Assembly: GCA_050633785.1 (NCBI GenBank)
Contig: JBOEHE010000055.1
Span: forward strand, 24,490-48,489
Source of the DNA: Arenicella sp.
GTDB taxonomy: Bacteria > Pseudomonadota > Gammaproteobacteria > Arenicellales > Arenicellaceae
Direction of reading: 5' to 3'
DNA: 24,000 nucleotides
Both the position numbers and the translations under genes were made by a program. Shown here one piece after another: positions 8,630 to 16,738 of this stretch (its first letter is position 1; the number at the start of each line of letters is the position of its first letter). The notes beneath the pieces were generated by a model. The model saw only the letters and a list, made by a program, of their open reading frames with translations, was not told the origin of the DNA and did no database searches.

Positions 8630-9064
8630 ATGACTCCCAAACAACAACAAATAGAAAAACAATTGGCAGCTCTTCGAGGATTACTTGAAGATGATATAGC
8701 AGCGGCTAAACAAGCCGAAAAGAGTGCTTCAACATCCGATAATTTTTCCATCGATGATTCCTTATTGGAACTTGAGGAATTAGAACTTGAAGAATTGGAA
8801 GAACCCGGTAAAGACACTGCTTATCTTGCAGATGAGCCAGTCCCATCTGCTGAAGCCAGTTCAATCCCTGTAGCACTAAAGTCTATTCAACCTGGTGATT
8901 TTTTGAATTTCAAAAAACATAAAAACACTCAAGTTATGTTCCTGATTCAACAGTATTTAAAAAAGCACGGTAAACCAAGTGCAAACAGCCCTGAATTAGA
9001 AATTTTAAAGAAAGCCATTAACCGAATTCTCAGCAAAGGTCAGCAAGCTCGCTCACAAAATTAA
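8630..9064 (+). CDS. Hypothetical acidic/coiled-coil protein in the holC-valS slot
   Basis: 144-aa ORF. It has a Gln/Glu-rich N-terminal half with LELEELELEELEE and a basic helical C-terminal half. No family recognised. A small hypothetical gene occupies this position in other Gammaproteobacteria. Confidence 0.6.
   Translation: MTPKQQQIEKQLAALRGLLEDDIAAAKQAEKSASTSDNFSIDDSLLELEELELEELEEPGKDTAYLADEPVPSAEASSIPVALKSIQPGDFLNFKKHKNTQVMFLIQQYLKKHGKPSANSPELEILKKAINRILSKGQQARSQN
8768..8797 (+). repeat. In-frame 15-nt tandem repeat (gaacttgaRgaattR x2 plus a partial third)
   Basis: Units at 8768-8782 and 8783-8797 differ at 2 positions. They encode the ELEEL repeats. Confidence 0.8.
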
Positions 9065-9097
9065 CGAGCTTGATTTTTACAGCACCCAATGGAATAG

Positions 9098-9139
9098 CTG
9101 ATTTCTCATTGTTACAAGCATATGGCAATGAAAAATCAG
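9098..9139 (+). other. Long imperfect hairpin between the acidic ORF and valS
   Basis: CTGATTTCTCATTG (9098-9111) pairs with CAATGAAAAATCAG (9126-9139) at 13 of 14 positions, with a 14-nt loop. No clear U-tract follows (ttgttgctg). Confidence 0.35.
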
Positions 9140-9266
9140 TTGTTGCTGCAAACCAATAGCGTAATAAGAAGCAGGCTTGTAAATACTGCAAAATAATTCT
9201 GTCAACGGACGAACGATAAAACTATAATCCGCTTGTTAATCTTCACCAACAAGCACTAATACGTCT

Positions 9267-12050
9267 ATGAGCAAAACTTCTCTAGCCAGCCAATATAATC
9301 CAGCCTCAATTGAGCAGTCCATTTATCAACGATGGGAATCAAACAAACAGTTTGCCCCAAACCCTGATGGAGAAGGCTCCTACTGTATTGCTATCCCTCC
9401 TCCCAACGTAACTGGGAGCCTGCATATGGGTCATGCTTTTCAGGATACGATTATGGACTTGTTGATTCGCCATCAACGGATGCTTGGAAAAAAAACCCTG
9501 TGGCAAGTAGGCACAGACCACGCAGGTATTGCCACACAAATGGTCGTAGAACGGCGTTTAGCTGCCCAGGACACCACCAGGCATGACCTTGGCAGAGAGA
9601 AATTCATTGAAGAAATCTGGCGTTGGAAAGAACAATCCGGCGGTACAATCACCCAACAATTAAGGCGAATGGGAGCTTCTGTTGATTGGGAACGAGAACG
9701 GTTCACCATGGATGAAGGCTTATCTGATGCGGTTAGTGATGTGTTTATCCGTTTATACAATGAAGGCTTAATCTATAGAGGCAAACGTTTAGTCAACTGG
9801 GATCCGGTTCTGCATACCGCCGTATCAGACCTGGAAGTAGAACCTTCAGAAGAACAAGGCCATTTATGGCATCTTCGCTACCCCTTAGTTGACAAACCAG
9901 GCCAGTTTCTGGTGGTTGCCACTACGCGGCCCGAAACAATGCTCGGAGATAGCGCCGTAGCGGTACACCCAGAAGATGAACGCTATCAGGACTTAATCGG
10001 ACAGCAGATACAGCTGCCCTTAACGGATCGCACAATTCCAATCATAGCCGACGATTATGTCGATCCTGAATTTGGCTCCGGTTGCGTAAAAATCACTCCA
10101 GCGCATGACTTCAATGACTATGAAGTAGGCAAACGTCATGACCTGCCCTTAATTAATATTCTTGATAAGAATGCTGCCATCGACTTGCCTGACTCTGATT
10201 ATCATGGACAAGATCGTTACGTTGCCCGCAAAAAGATTATTGCCGACTTCAAAGCACTAGACCTGCTTGAAAAAATTGATGATCACAAATTGATGGTACC
10301 TCGAGGTGATCGCTCTAACTCCGTCATAGAACCCTTTCTGACCGATCAATGGTATGTCAAAGTGGCACCACTGGCAGAACAAGCCATCAAGGTAGTCAAG
10401 GAAGGTGATATTAAATTCATCCCAGAAAACTGGTCAAACACGTACTTTGAGTGGATGAACAATATCGAAGACTGGTGTATTTCCAGACAAATATGGTGGG
10501 GACATCGAATTCCGGCCTGGTATGATAGCGATGGAAACATTTACGTTGCCGAAACTGAAGAAGAAGCTCAGAAACAAGCCGGAGAAGGTGTTGCAATCAA
10601 GCAGGACAATGACGTTCTGGATACCTGGTTCTCCTCTGCTTTATGGCCTTTTTCTACGTTGGGCTGGCCTGAACAGACGACTGAATTAGATGATTTTTAC
10701 CCGAACAATGTCTTGGTCACTGGGTTTGACATCATATTCTTCTGGGTTGCTCGTATGATTATGTTCGGCACAAAATTCACTGATCAAGTGCCTTTCAAAG
10801 AAGTGTATATTCATGGCCTGGTCCGCGATCAGGATGGTCAAAAGATGTCCAAGTCAAAAGGCAATGTACTTGACCCTCTGGATCTTATAGATGGAATCGA
10901 ATTGGAACCATTAGTAGAAAAACGCACTGCTGGTTTGATGCAACCTCAAATGGCTGCCAGAATTGAAAAATCCACACGCAAACACTTTGCCGATGGCATC
11001 CCTGCTTTTGGCACTGATGCTCTACGCTTCACCTTTGCCAGTCAGGCCACTCTAGGTAGAGATATTCGTTTTGATTTAGCCCGTGTTGAAGGTTACCGTA
11101 ATTTCTGTAACAAATTGTGGAACGCAGCGCGATACGTTCTGATGAACATTGAAGAGCATGATTGTGGCATTGACCATGATAATTTTGAACTATCACTTGC
11201 TGATCAATGGATTATCTCTCGACTGCAACAAGTTGAAGAATTGGTTGATAATGATATCAAGCACTATCGCTTTGACCAGATGGCTCAGCACTTATACCAA
11301 TTCGTCTGGGATGAATACTGTAGTTGGTATCTTGAATTGAGTAAAATCACACTCAACAATGACAATGCGACTGTGGCACAGTTGGCAGGCACTCGTCGCA
11401 CTCTTATTTTAGTGCTCGATGCAATTTTACGTTTATTGCACCCTATCACCCCGTTTATAACAGAAGAACTCTGGCAAGAAATCAAACCTATCATTGGTGC
11501 AGAGCAAGACACTATCATGTTGTGCAATTACCCACAGATTCAACAAAGCAAAATCAATGACGATGCATTAAACGCTATGCAATGGGTACAAGCCGTGATT
11601 ACTGGAGTTCGAAATATTCGCGGTGAGATGAATATAAAACCGAACAAACAGTTCCCAGTTTTGTTAGATCAGGCATCACCGTCAGACATTGCATTATTAG
11701 AACAACATGAAGCTTACATTCTGCAATTGGGCAGAATAGAGTCCATCACTGTTGTCAACGAAAGTGAGACTCCTGAGTCGGCAACGGCATTAGTTGGGGA
11801 TATGCAGGTTCTGGTTCCACTGGGAAGTTTAATTGACCCCGCTGAAGAATTGGCTCGTTTGCAAAAAGAATTGGAAAAGGTGGCCAAAGATATAGCTGCC
11901 TGCGAACACAAAATGAACAACGAACAATTTGTTTCCAAAGCTCCAGAAGCTGTTATAGGCAAGGTTAAGGACTCATTAAACCAAGCTCAACAGTCCAAGC
12001 AATTACTGTTGGAACAAAAGAAAAAAATAGAACAGTTATTGCCGAAATAG
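9267..12050 (+). CDS. valS: Valine--tRNA ligase
   Basis: 927 aa. HIGH motif [19 protein letters not shown] motif QKMSKSKGN, the CP1 editing region and the C-terminal coiled coil are typical of ValRS. Confidence 0.98.
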   Translation: MSKTSLASQYNPASIEQSIYQRWESNKQFAPNPDGEGSYCIAIPPPNVTGSLHMGHAFQDTIMDLLIRHQRMLGKKTLWQVGTDHAGIATQMVVERRLAAQDTTRHDLGREKFIEEIWRWKEQSGGTITQQLRRMGASVDWERERFTMDEGLSDAVSDVFIRLYNEGLIYRGKRLVNWDPVLHTAVSDLEVEPSEEQGHLWHLRYPLVDKPGQFLVVATTRPETMLGDSAVAVHPEDERYQDLIGQQIQLPLTDRTIPIIADDYVDPEFGSGCVKITPAHDFNDYEVGKRHDLPLINILDKNAAIDLPDSDYHGQDRYVARKKIIADFKALDLLEKIDDHKLMVPRGDRSNSVIEPFLTDQWYVKVAPLAEQAIKVVKEGDIKFIPENWSNTYFEWMNNIEDWCISRQIWWGHRIPAWYDSDGNIYVAETEEEAQKQAGEGVAIKQDNDVLDTWFSSALWPFSTLGWPEQTTELDDFYPNNVLVTGFDIIFFWVARMIMFGTKFTDQVPFKEVYIHGLVRDQDGQKMSKSKGNVLDPLDLIDGIELEPLVEKRTAGLMQPQMAARIEKSTRKHFADGIPAFGTDALRFTFASQATLGRDIRFDLARVEGYRNFCNKLWNAARYVLMNIEEHDCGIDHDNFELSLADQWIISRLQQVEELVDNDIKHYRFDQMAQHLYQFVWDEYCSWYLELSKITLNNDNATVAQLAGTRRTLILVLDAILRLLHPITPFITEELWQEIKPIIGAEQDTIMLCNYPQIQQSKINDDALNAMQWVQAVITGVRNIRGEMNIKPNKQFPVLLDQASPSDIALLEQHEAYILQLGRIESITVVNESETPESATALVGDMQVLVPLGSLIDPAEELARLQKELEKVAKDIAACEHKMNNEQFVSKAPEAVIGKVKDSLNQAQQSKQLLLEQKKKIEQLLPK

Positions 12051-12081
12051 TATATCTAAACAGGCAAGGTTCGTTTCAATC

Positions 12082-12115
12082 AAGGTCAGGCTCTATGTTA
12101 TTAGAGTCTGGCCTT
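12082..12115. terminator. Hairpin terminator between convergent valS and the SGNH gene
   Basis: AAGGTCAGGCTCT-atgttatt-AGAGTCTGGCCTT forms a 13-bp stem that includes two positions pairing as G:U in plus-strand RNA but mismatched (A.C) on the minus strand. The T-tract that follows is weak (agctttatt). Confidence 0.5.
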
Positions 12116-12155
12116 AGCTTTATTGAATCAGGCTTTTGACTCAAAGTTCAATTCA

Positions 12156-12920
12156 TTAGTCCAACAACAACAATAAAATAGGCGCTGCGGCATTCACATT
12201 GTCTTCTGGCAGACTGGCAAACCATTCATCCGCCATTCTGGAGTTTCCTGCACTATTGAAATGCAATTTATCCCCTGAATGATAGGCATTAAAGTTACTT
12301 ACCAGTTTCGTGTATTGGTCTGCCAGAGAGAATTTTTTTGAATTCTGTAAAGCAATGATATTAGGATTATATGACTGAACCCGAGCATCCAATGAACCCG
12401 TGCTCTGATTGGGAGTTACCGTAGCAACCAAAGGAAAAGTATCTCTTGCATTTGCCTGATCAATCATGACACCGATATTAAACGCAACTGTTGTGCGCGA
12501 GACATTCGCATACGCATCATTGGCACCTCCCATTATCGCAATATAATCCGAAGGGGTCGCATTCATGACACTATTAATGCGATTCACCATTGAACTGGTT
12601 CTCTCACCATTGACTCCCCAGTTATAAACAACTCCTGTATCACCCTCTGCATTGATCAGATCAGCCAGATCAGAAGTATAGCCACCTCGATTAACACGTC
12701 CATTACCAATACAGGTTGGGTCAGAGCTGGAGGTCTGGCCTGTGGCACCACAATATAAATAAGTACCATTGGAATTACGATATAAGCCTGCAGTTATACT
12801 GTCACCGAAAGCTATTACCCGTATTGTCTCGGCCTGAACATGCGTGGGAAGTAGCAACATAAGTGCTGACATAAGCCCAGCAATAGACATATATGAACAT
12901 TTAAATCGTCGAAACATCAT
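12156..12920 (-). CDS. Secreted SGNH/GDSL-family hydrolase (lipase/esterase)
   Basis: Signal peptide ending ..LLLPTHVQA/ET. All SGNH blocks are present: FGDSITAG (Ser), NWGVNG (Gly), MGGANDA (Asn) and GDKLHF (DxxH). Confidence 0.85.
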   Translation of the reverse strand: MMFRRFKCSYMSIAGLMSALMLLLPTHVQAETIRVIAFGDSITAGLYRNSNGTYLYCGATGQTSSSDPTCIGNGRVNRGGYTSDLADLINAEGDTGVVYNWGVNGERTSSMVNRINSVMNATPSDYIAIMGGANDAYANVSRTTVAFNIGVMIDQANARDTFPLVATVTPNQSTGSLDARVQSYNPNIIALQNSKKFSLADQYTKLVSNFNAYHSGDKLHFNSAGNSRMADEWFASLPEDNVNAAAPILLLLLD

Positions 12921-12924
12921 AAAT

Positions 12925-12932
12925 CCCCCCCC
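12925..12932 (-). repeat. Homopolymeric G8 tract (C8 on the plus strand) in the 24-nt gap upstream of the SGNH gene start
   Basis: Read directly. The minus strand reads ...TAAAGGGGGGGGATTTATGATG..., so the tract is the only purine-rich SD candidate, 4 nt from the first ATG. Confidence 0.9.
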
Positions 12933-12944
12933 TTTACATACAAT

Positions 12945-13712
12945 TTAAGCAGTTTTTTCTGCTTTCTTTCGGTGCTTAATCGTTTTTACCGGCACTCCAG
13001 CGGACACTTCATATGCCCCTATCGATTTATTCACAACTGAACTGGTTCCTACAATACTACCTGTTTGTATTGTAACACCATCCATCACCTGCACATTACT
13101 GCCCAACCACACATTATTGGCTACAGTAATGCCACCCTGAGGCAAAAAGCCCTGCTGCTTAAAAGGAACATCCAGTTCTTCTGATATATAGGGCCCACTA
13201 CCAATAAAGTAACAATATGCACCACATAAAACATCGTCTCCAATATTTATATCACTGCCAGGCATTGAATGCACTAGAGAATTAATACCAATTGTACACC
13301 GAGCGCCAATATTTATGTTGCCATCTTTGCAGGATAAAATCGTATTTCGACTGAGTATAGTACCTGCACCGACAGACAAACCAGAATTATCGCTACCTTT
13401 AGCATCAAGCAATACATTGTCATCAATTGTAACATTATCTCCAACATGAACTTTGAGCCCATGTCGTATTCCCACATTTCGTCCAAAAATGACTCCAGTA
13501 CCAACCGAACCCAAAAGGCTTGGATAAAACAGTTTACGCAGAATAAACCCTAAAGCACCCGGCACCCATGAAGTGAATAACATGACTAATTCATATTTGC
13601 ACAAATACCAGAGACTATCATTGCCAACTGCCAACAAACGATAACGTTCAAAGGCCGATTTTGACTCATCTTTCAATTGGTCTTGCAGATTTTTTTCTGG
13701 TTTATATGACAT
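12945..13712 (-). CDS. Hexapeptide-repeat (left-handed beta-helix) acyl/acetyltransferase with a hydrophobic N-terminal segment
   Basis: 255 aa with repeated [LIV]-G-x4 hexapeptides (IGDNVTIDDNVLLDA, INIGARCTIG, INIGDDV, VWLGSNVQVMDGVTIQTGSIVG). The N-terminal YELVMLFTSWVPGALGFILRKLFYP segment resembles those of WcaF/NodL-type O-acetyltransferases. Confidence 0.8.
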   Translation of the reverse strand: MSYKPEKNLQDQLKDESKSAFERYRLLAVGNDSLWYLCKYELVMLFTSWVPGALGFILRKLFYPSLLGSVGTGVIFGRNVGIRHGLKVHVGDNVTIDDNVLLDAKGSDNSGLSVGAGTILSRNTILSCKDGNINIGARCTIGINSLVHSMPGSDINIGDDVLCGAYCYFIGSGPYISEELDVPFKQQGFLPQGGITVANNVWLGSNVQVMDGVTIQTGSIVGTSSVVNKSIGAYEVSAGVPVKTIKHRKKAEKTA

Positions 13713-13811
13713 ACTAAATACACTGTGGGCTGAGGATTAACTGGTAATACGATAAAGCGGCGTATTATAGCCTAAAAAACAAGGACTGAGGCTAGAAGTA
13801 ATGACAGCGGG

Positions 13812-14216
13812 TCACAGAGCTGGCTGTGTTTTTTCTAATGCCAGGGTATAACTGAAGGCATAAACAGTGCTGACTATACAACCCGGTAGAATAGTCATCA
13901 AAATTTCTGGAGTATTCGCCAGGTAGTTCACAGTCCAGGAAAAAAGACATACCAGAATAGAAGAACTCAAAAAAGTCGCTAAAAAACGTAACAAGGCAAG
14001 GCTAAAGCACTTAAAGAACTGCTCCATAACAATGGACATGACAAAAGTAAGAAAAAAACTGTTCATACCTTGAATAATTCCAGCTTTCATTGCCACCGAA
14101 AAACCATAAGCCGAATTAACATAAAATGCCCATGCTCCATAAAATAGCAACCCAGCCATTGCAGAAAGCAAACTGCGTTGGAAAGTTCCCATTTGATCAA
14201 ATAACTTTAGCATCAC
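13812..14216 (-). CDS. Small integral membrane protein (about 4 TM), family unknown
   Basis: 134-aa ORF. Its GTG (14216) or ATG (14213) start lies 3-6 nt after the olsA-like stop. It has four hydrophobic segments, no His residues and no recognisable motif. Confidence 0.65.
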   Translation of the reverse strand: MMLKLFDQMGTFQRSLLSAMAGLLFYGAWAFYVNSAYGFSVAMKAGIIQGMNSFFLTFVMSIVMEQFFKCFSLALLRFLATFLSSSILVCLFSWTVNYLANTPEILMTILPGCIVSTVYAFSYTLALEKTQPAL

Positions 14217-14219
14217 TAT

Positions 14220-15041
14220 TTACTGATCAGTGCTTCCAGAATTGCGCAACTCATTTTCCAGTGATTTTGACACAACATCAGTGCAGTGCTCAGCGCATGC
14301 TTTACGATCCGAGAAATCAGACAACTGCACGGGTTGGTGAAATTGAACAATAGCATCCAAGCGCTTCAAACCCAGAACACGTACGAAATGTGATCCAAAG
14401 GGCATATCCGCGTACCAGGCAAAATTATCTCTGGTCGCTTGGTTCATGCCCTCACCCGCATAGCGCGTATACACTATTGTGACGGGTTGTATCATAATAT
14501 TTTCGGCACTTGCAGCTGCCAACAAGCTACTTTTAAAGGGTTTAACTTCCGCACCATTAGTGCTGGTCCCTTCAGGAAATAAAATTAAATTAGTACCCGC
14601 TTGTAAGTGTTTACTTAAAATATTAATGTGCTGTCTGGCTTTACTCGCTTTACGCTCAATAAAAATAGTATTCTGCAACCGAGCAAGCTTATTAATTACG
14701 GGCCATGAACCAATTTCAGACTTTGCTACAAACCAACCTGGCAAATTTTGACCCAGAGCAAAAATATCCAGATAAGAAACATGATTACTGAGAAACAGCG
14801 TTGGCTTATGTTTAGAAACCTCTCCCTTAAACTGGACCCTCAAACCAATAATTCGGCACATAATTCCATGAAAGCAGATAATCATGCCTTCTGGTTTAAA
14901 TCCCGGAGCCAACCTGCATAGACAAAAAAGCAAAGGCATGATGGTAGCCCAAACGATAAAAGCCACAAAAAAAATGGCAAAACGAACCGGATTGAATTTA
15001 GCAAAGTCCCGGCTGACAGTTTCAGACACAATGTCAGTCAT
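14220..15041 (-). CDS. olsA: Lysophospholipid/lyso-aminolipid O-acyltransferase (PlsC/LPLAT family, OlsA-like)
   Basis: 273 aa with an N-terminal TM helix, the HX4D motif NHVSYLDI, and the FIERK and FPEGTSTNG motifs. It starts 8 nt downstream of an OlsB-like gene, which is the canonical olsB-olsA order. The symbol is inferred from motifs and context, not proven. Confidence 0.75.
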   Translation of the reverse strand: MTDIVSETVSRDFAKFNPVRFAIFFVAFIVWATIMPLLFCLCRLAPGFKPEGMIICFHGIMCRIIGLRVQFKGEVSKHKPTLFLSNHVSYLDIFALGQNLPGWFVAKSEIGSWPVINKLARLQNTIFIERKASKARQHINILSKHLQAGTNLILFPEGTSTNGAEVKPFKSSLLAAASAENIMIQPVTIVYTRYAGEGMNQATRDNFAWYADMPFGSHFVRVLGLKRLDAIVQFHQPVQLSDFSDRKACAEHCTDVVSKSLENELRNSGSTDQ

Positions 15042-15049
15042 AAACGTAC

Positions 15050-15874
15050 TTACTCTTCATCTTTGGTAACCAATACATGATTTGACGAACGCATTTCATT
15101 GCCATCGACATAAATACACAGAAACGTTGTATTAAAGACCGGATCTATAATTGCCGTTTCACTGACCTTCGCACCAATTTTTAAATAGCCACGTAACATC
15201 GTTGGAATATCAGCACGTTTTCCTGAACTGCCGACGTGCTCCAGATTATCAGCATCATATTCAATCTCGGAAATATTAATAAAATTATCAACAACAGGAA
15301 CTGGCATTAATTCATCTGGAGCCAGGTTATTTTCATACAAAAAACGCAAAATTGGAGCGTGTTTCTGGTATTCGGTAGAATGGAAGCTGGCACACCCCAA
15401 CATCAAGTCATAATCATTTTCGTTGATAAATCGCATGGTAAATTTCCAAATCAGCAATAATATCAAACCACCTCTCTTACCTGGTGCGACACAAGCCCGG
15501 CTCAGTTCAAGAAGTTTGTCATATTTTTCACGCAAGGGGTCAAGGTTATACGCTTTTTCAGTGTAAAAGCACTGCCCTTGCTGCAAACGGTGATTGCTGA
15601 CCAGCCGCATAGTGCCAACAACATCACCTGTTTTTTTATGTTTGACAATAACGTGATAAGCGATTGGATCCCATTCATCAATCTCACGTCCTTTGGCTGC
15701 CATTTCGTCGTTCATGACGCCCTTACCTTCTTTGAACAGCACATTAAAACGTAAGGTTTGAGCCTCTATTATGTCTTGCTCAGTCTGTGCAAAACCAACT
15801 TCATAAAGACCAACTTCTAAGGTTTTAGCCAACGCAGCAGCCATTTTTTTAAAAACTTTGGGTTTTATCGCCAT
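15050..15874 (-). CDS. olsB: GNAT-fold N-acyltransferase, OlsB-like (aminolipid N-acyl amino acid synthase)
   Basis: 274 aa. The LEV.LA.T..DI.EAQ.LRF.VF opening, D.WD..A.H.IV, G..RL, LSR..V and the C-terminal P..LRGYLK.GA pattern match the OlsB/hemolysin-like acyltransferase family. The amino-acid head group cannot be told from sequence. Confidence 0.75.
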   Translation of the reverse strand: MAIKPKVFKKMAAALAKTLEVGLYEVGFAQTEQDIIEAQTLRFNVLFKEGKGVMNDEMAAKGREIDEWDPIAYHVIVKHKKTGDVVGTMRLVSNHRLQQGQCFYTEKAYNLDPLREKYDKLLELSRACVAPGKRGGLILLLIWKFTMRFINENDYDLMLGCASFHSTEYQKHAPILRFLYENNLAPDELMPVPVVDNFINISEIEYDADNLEHVGSSGKRADIPTMLRGYLKIGAKVSETAIIDPVFNTTFLCIYVDGNEMRSSNHVLVTKDEE

Positions 15875-15996
15875 GATATTTTAAAATTTACACACTGTAT
15901 CAATAATACTTTAAGTGACTAGAGTATTTCTAGGCAATATTCCATAAAGGTACACAACTGATTAGCACTGTACTCTGGAGGAAATTCAGCACTCCA

Positions 15997-16737
15997 TCAT
16001 GCGGCATCATGCTTAATCGATGTCCTGAGAGGTACGCCAATAGGCTGAGATAATTCAGCTTTACAAGGGGCCCCATCTGCATAAGCAAAAGTCACTTCCT
16101 GCTTGTTAACCACGATATGACTCAAGCTGACACTATTCGCATCATCCCGATGCATACACACTGAATAAGCCGACGCTGAAGGATCATGACTGCAATGAAA
16201 AGCTAAAAAGGCTTCTCTGTCAGTAGACTCATGCAAACCTTGTGATACAAATTGCTGTTTACGACCCGCTCGAACCTTCTCTGGTTCAAATGATGATGAG
16301 GAGCGCGGAGTTACTATGTCAAATTCTTTCGTGGTTGTCTCTCCATCCCAGGTAAAGAAAACAGATTTGCCTTGAGCATCCAAGGCGAATAAGCGAAATG
16401 GCTTGTATTCATTTAAATCAATTTGAGCAAATGTATATTCGATAACGCTCAATGACGCATGAGTTGCCAGACTTCGAATAATCCCCCCTCGGCTTATCCA
16501 GTCTATATGAGGAATGCGTTGTTCCTTTTCATAATGGTTCAACAGACAAAGACTCAAACCAAAATGATTGACACTTACCCAAGTCCCACCAGCATCGGTA
16601 TCCGTCGGGGAAATAACATCAACTCCAGATTGTGTAGTCAACACCGGTATATCAGCTCTGCGCCTAGTCTTATGTTCATCTCGGTTAAAAAACAACTCAT
16701 AACCATCTTCAGTTTTAAACCAACTCATCGTGCACAT
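15997..16737 (-). CDS. NRDE family protein (DUF833/TANGO2-like)
   Basis: 246 aa. It begins MCT (Cys2) and carries the eponymous FNRDE motif at residues 17-21. Its start is separated by 1 nt from the upstream stop (TGAtATG). Confidence 0.8.
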   Translation of the reverse strand: MCTMSWFKTEDGYELFFNRDEHKTRRRADIPVLTTQSGVDVISPTDTDAGGTWVSVNHFGLSLCLLNHYEKEQRIPHIDWISRGGIIRSLATHASLSVIEYTFAQIDLNEYKPFRLFALDAQGKSVFFTWDGETTTKEFDIVTPRSSSSFEPEKVRAGRKQQFVSQGLHESTDREAFLAFHCSHDPSASAYSVCMHRDDANSVSLSHIVVNKQEVTFAYADGAPCKAELSQPIGVPLRTSIKHDAA

Positions 16738-16738
16738 A

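Noticed and set aside
8566-8817. Minus-strand 83-aa ORF rich in SSNSSSSN repeats
   Set aside because: It is the antisense reading of the GAA/GAG-rich (ELEEL) repeat of the plus-strand acidic ORF and overlaps the holC 3' end. It is a compositional artefact.
9065-9266. T-box or other known riboswitch upstream of valS
   Set aside because: T-box leaders are essentially a Gram-positive feature and need a specifier loop, a conserved T-box 14-mer and a terminator/antiterminator pair. Only one simple hairpin without a U-tract is present.
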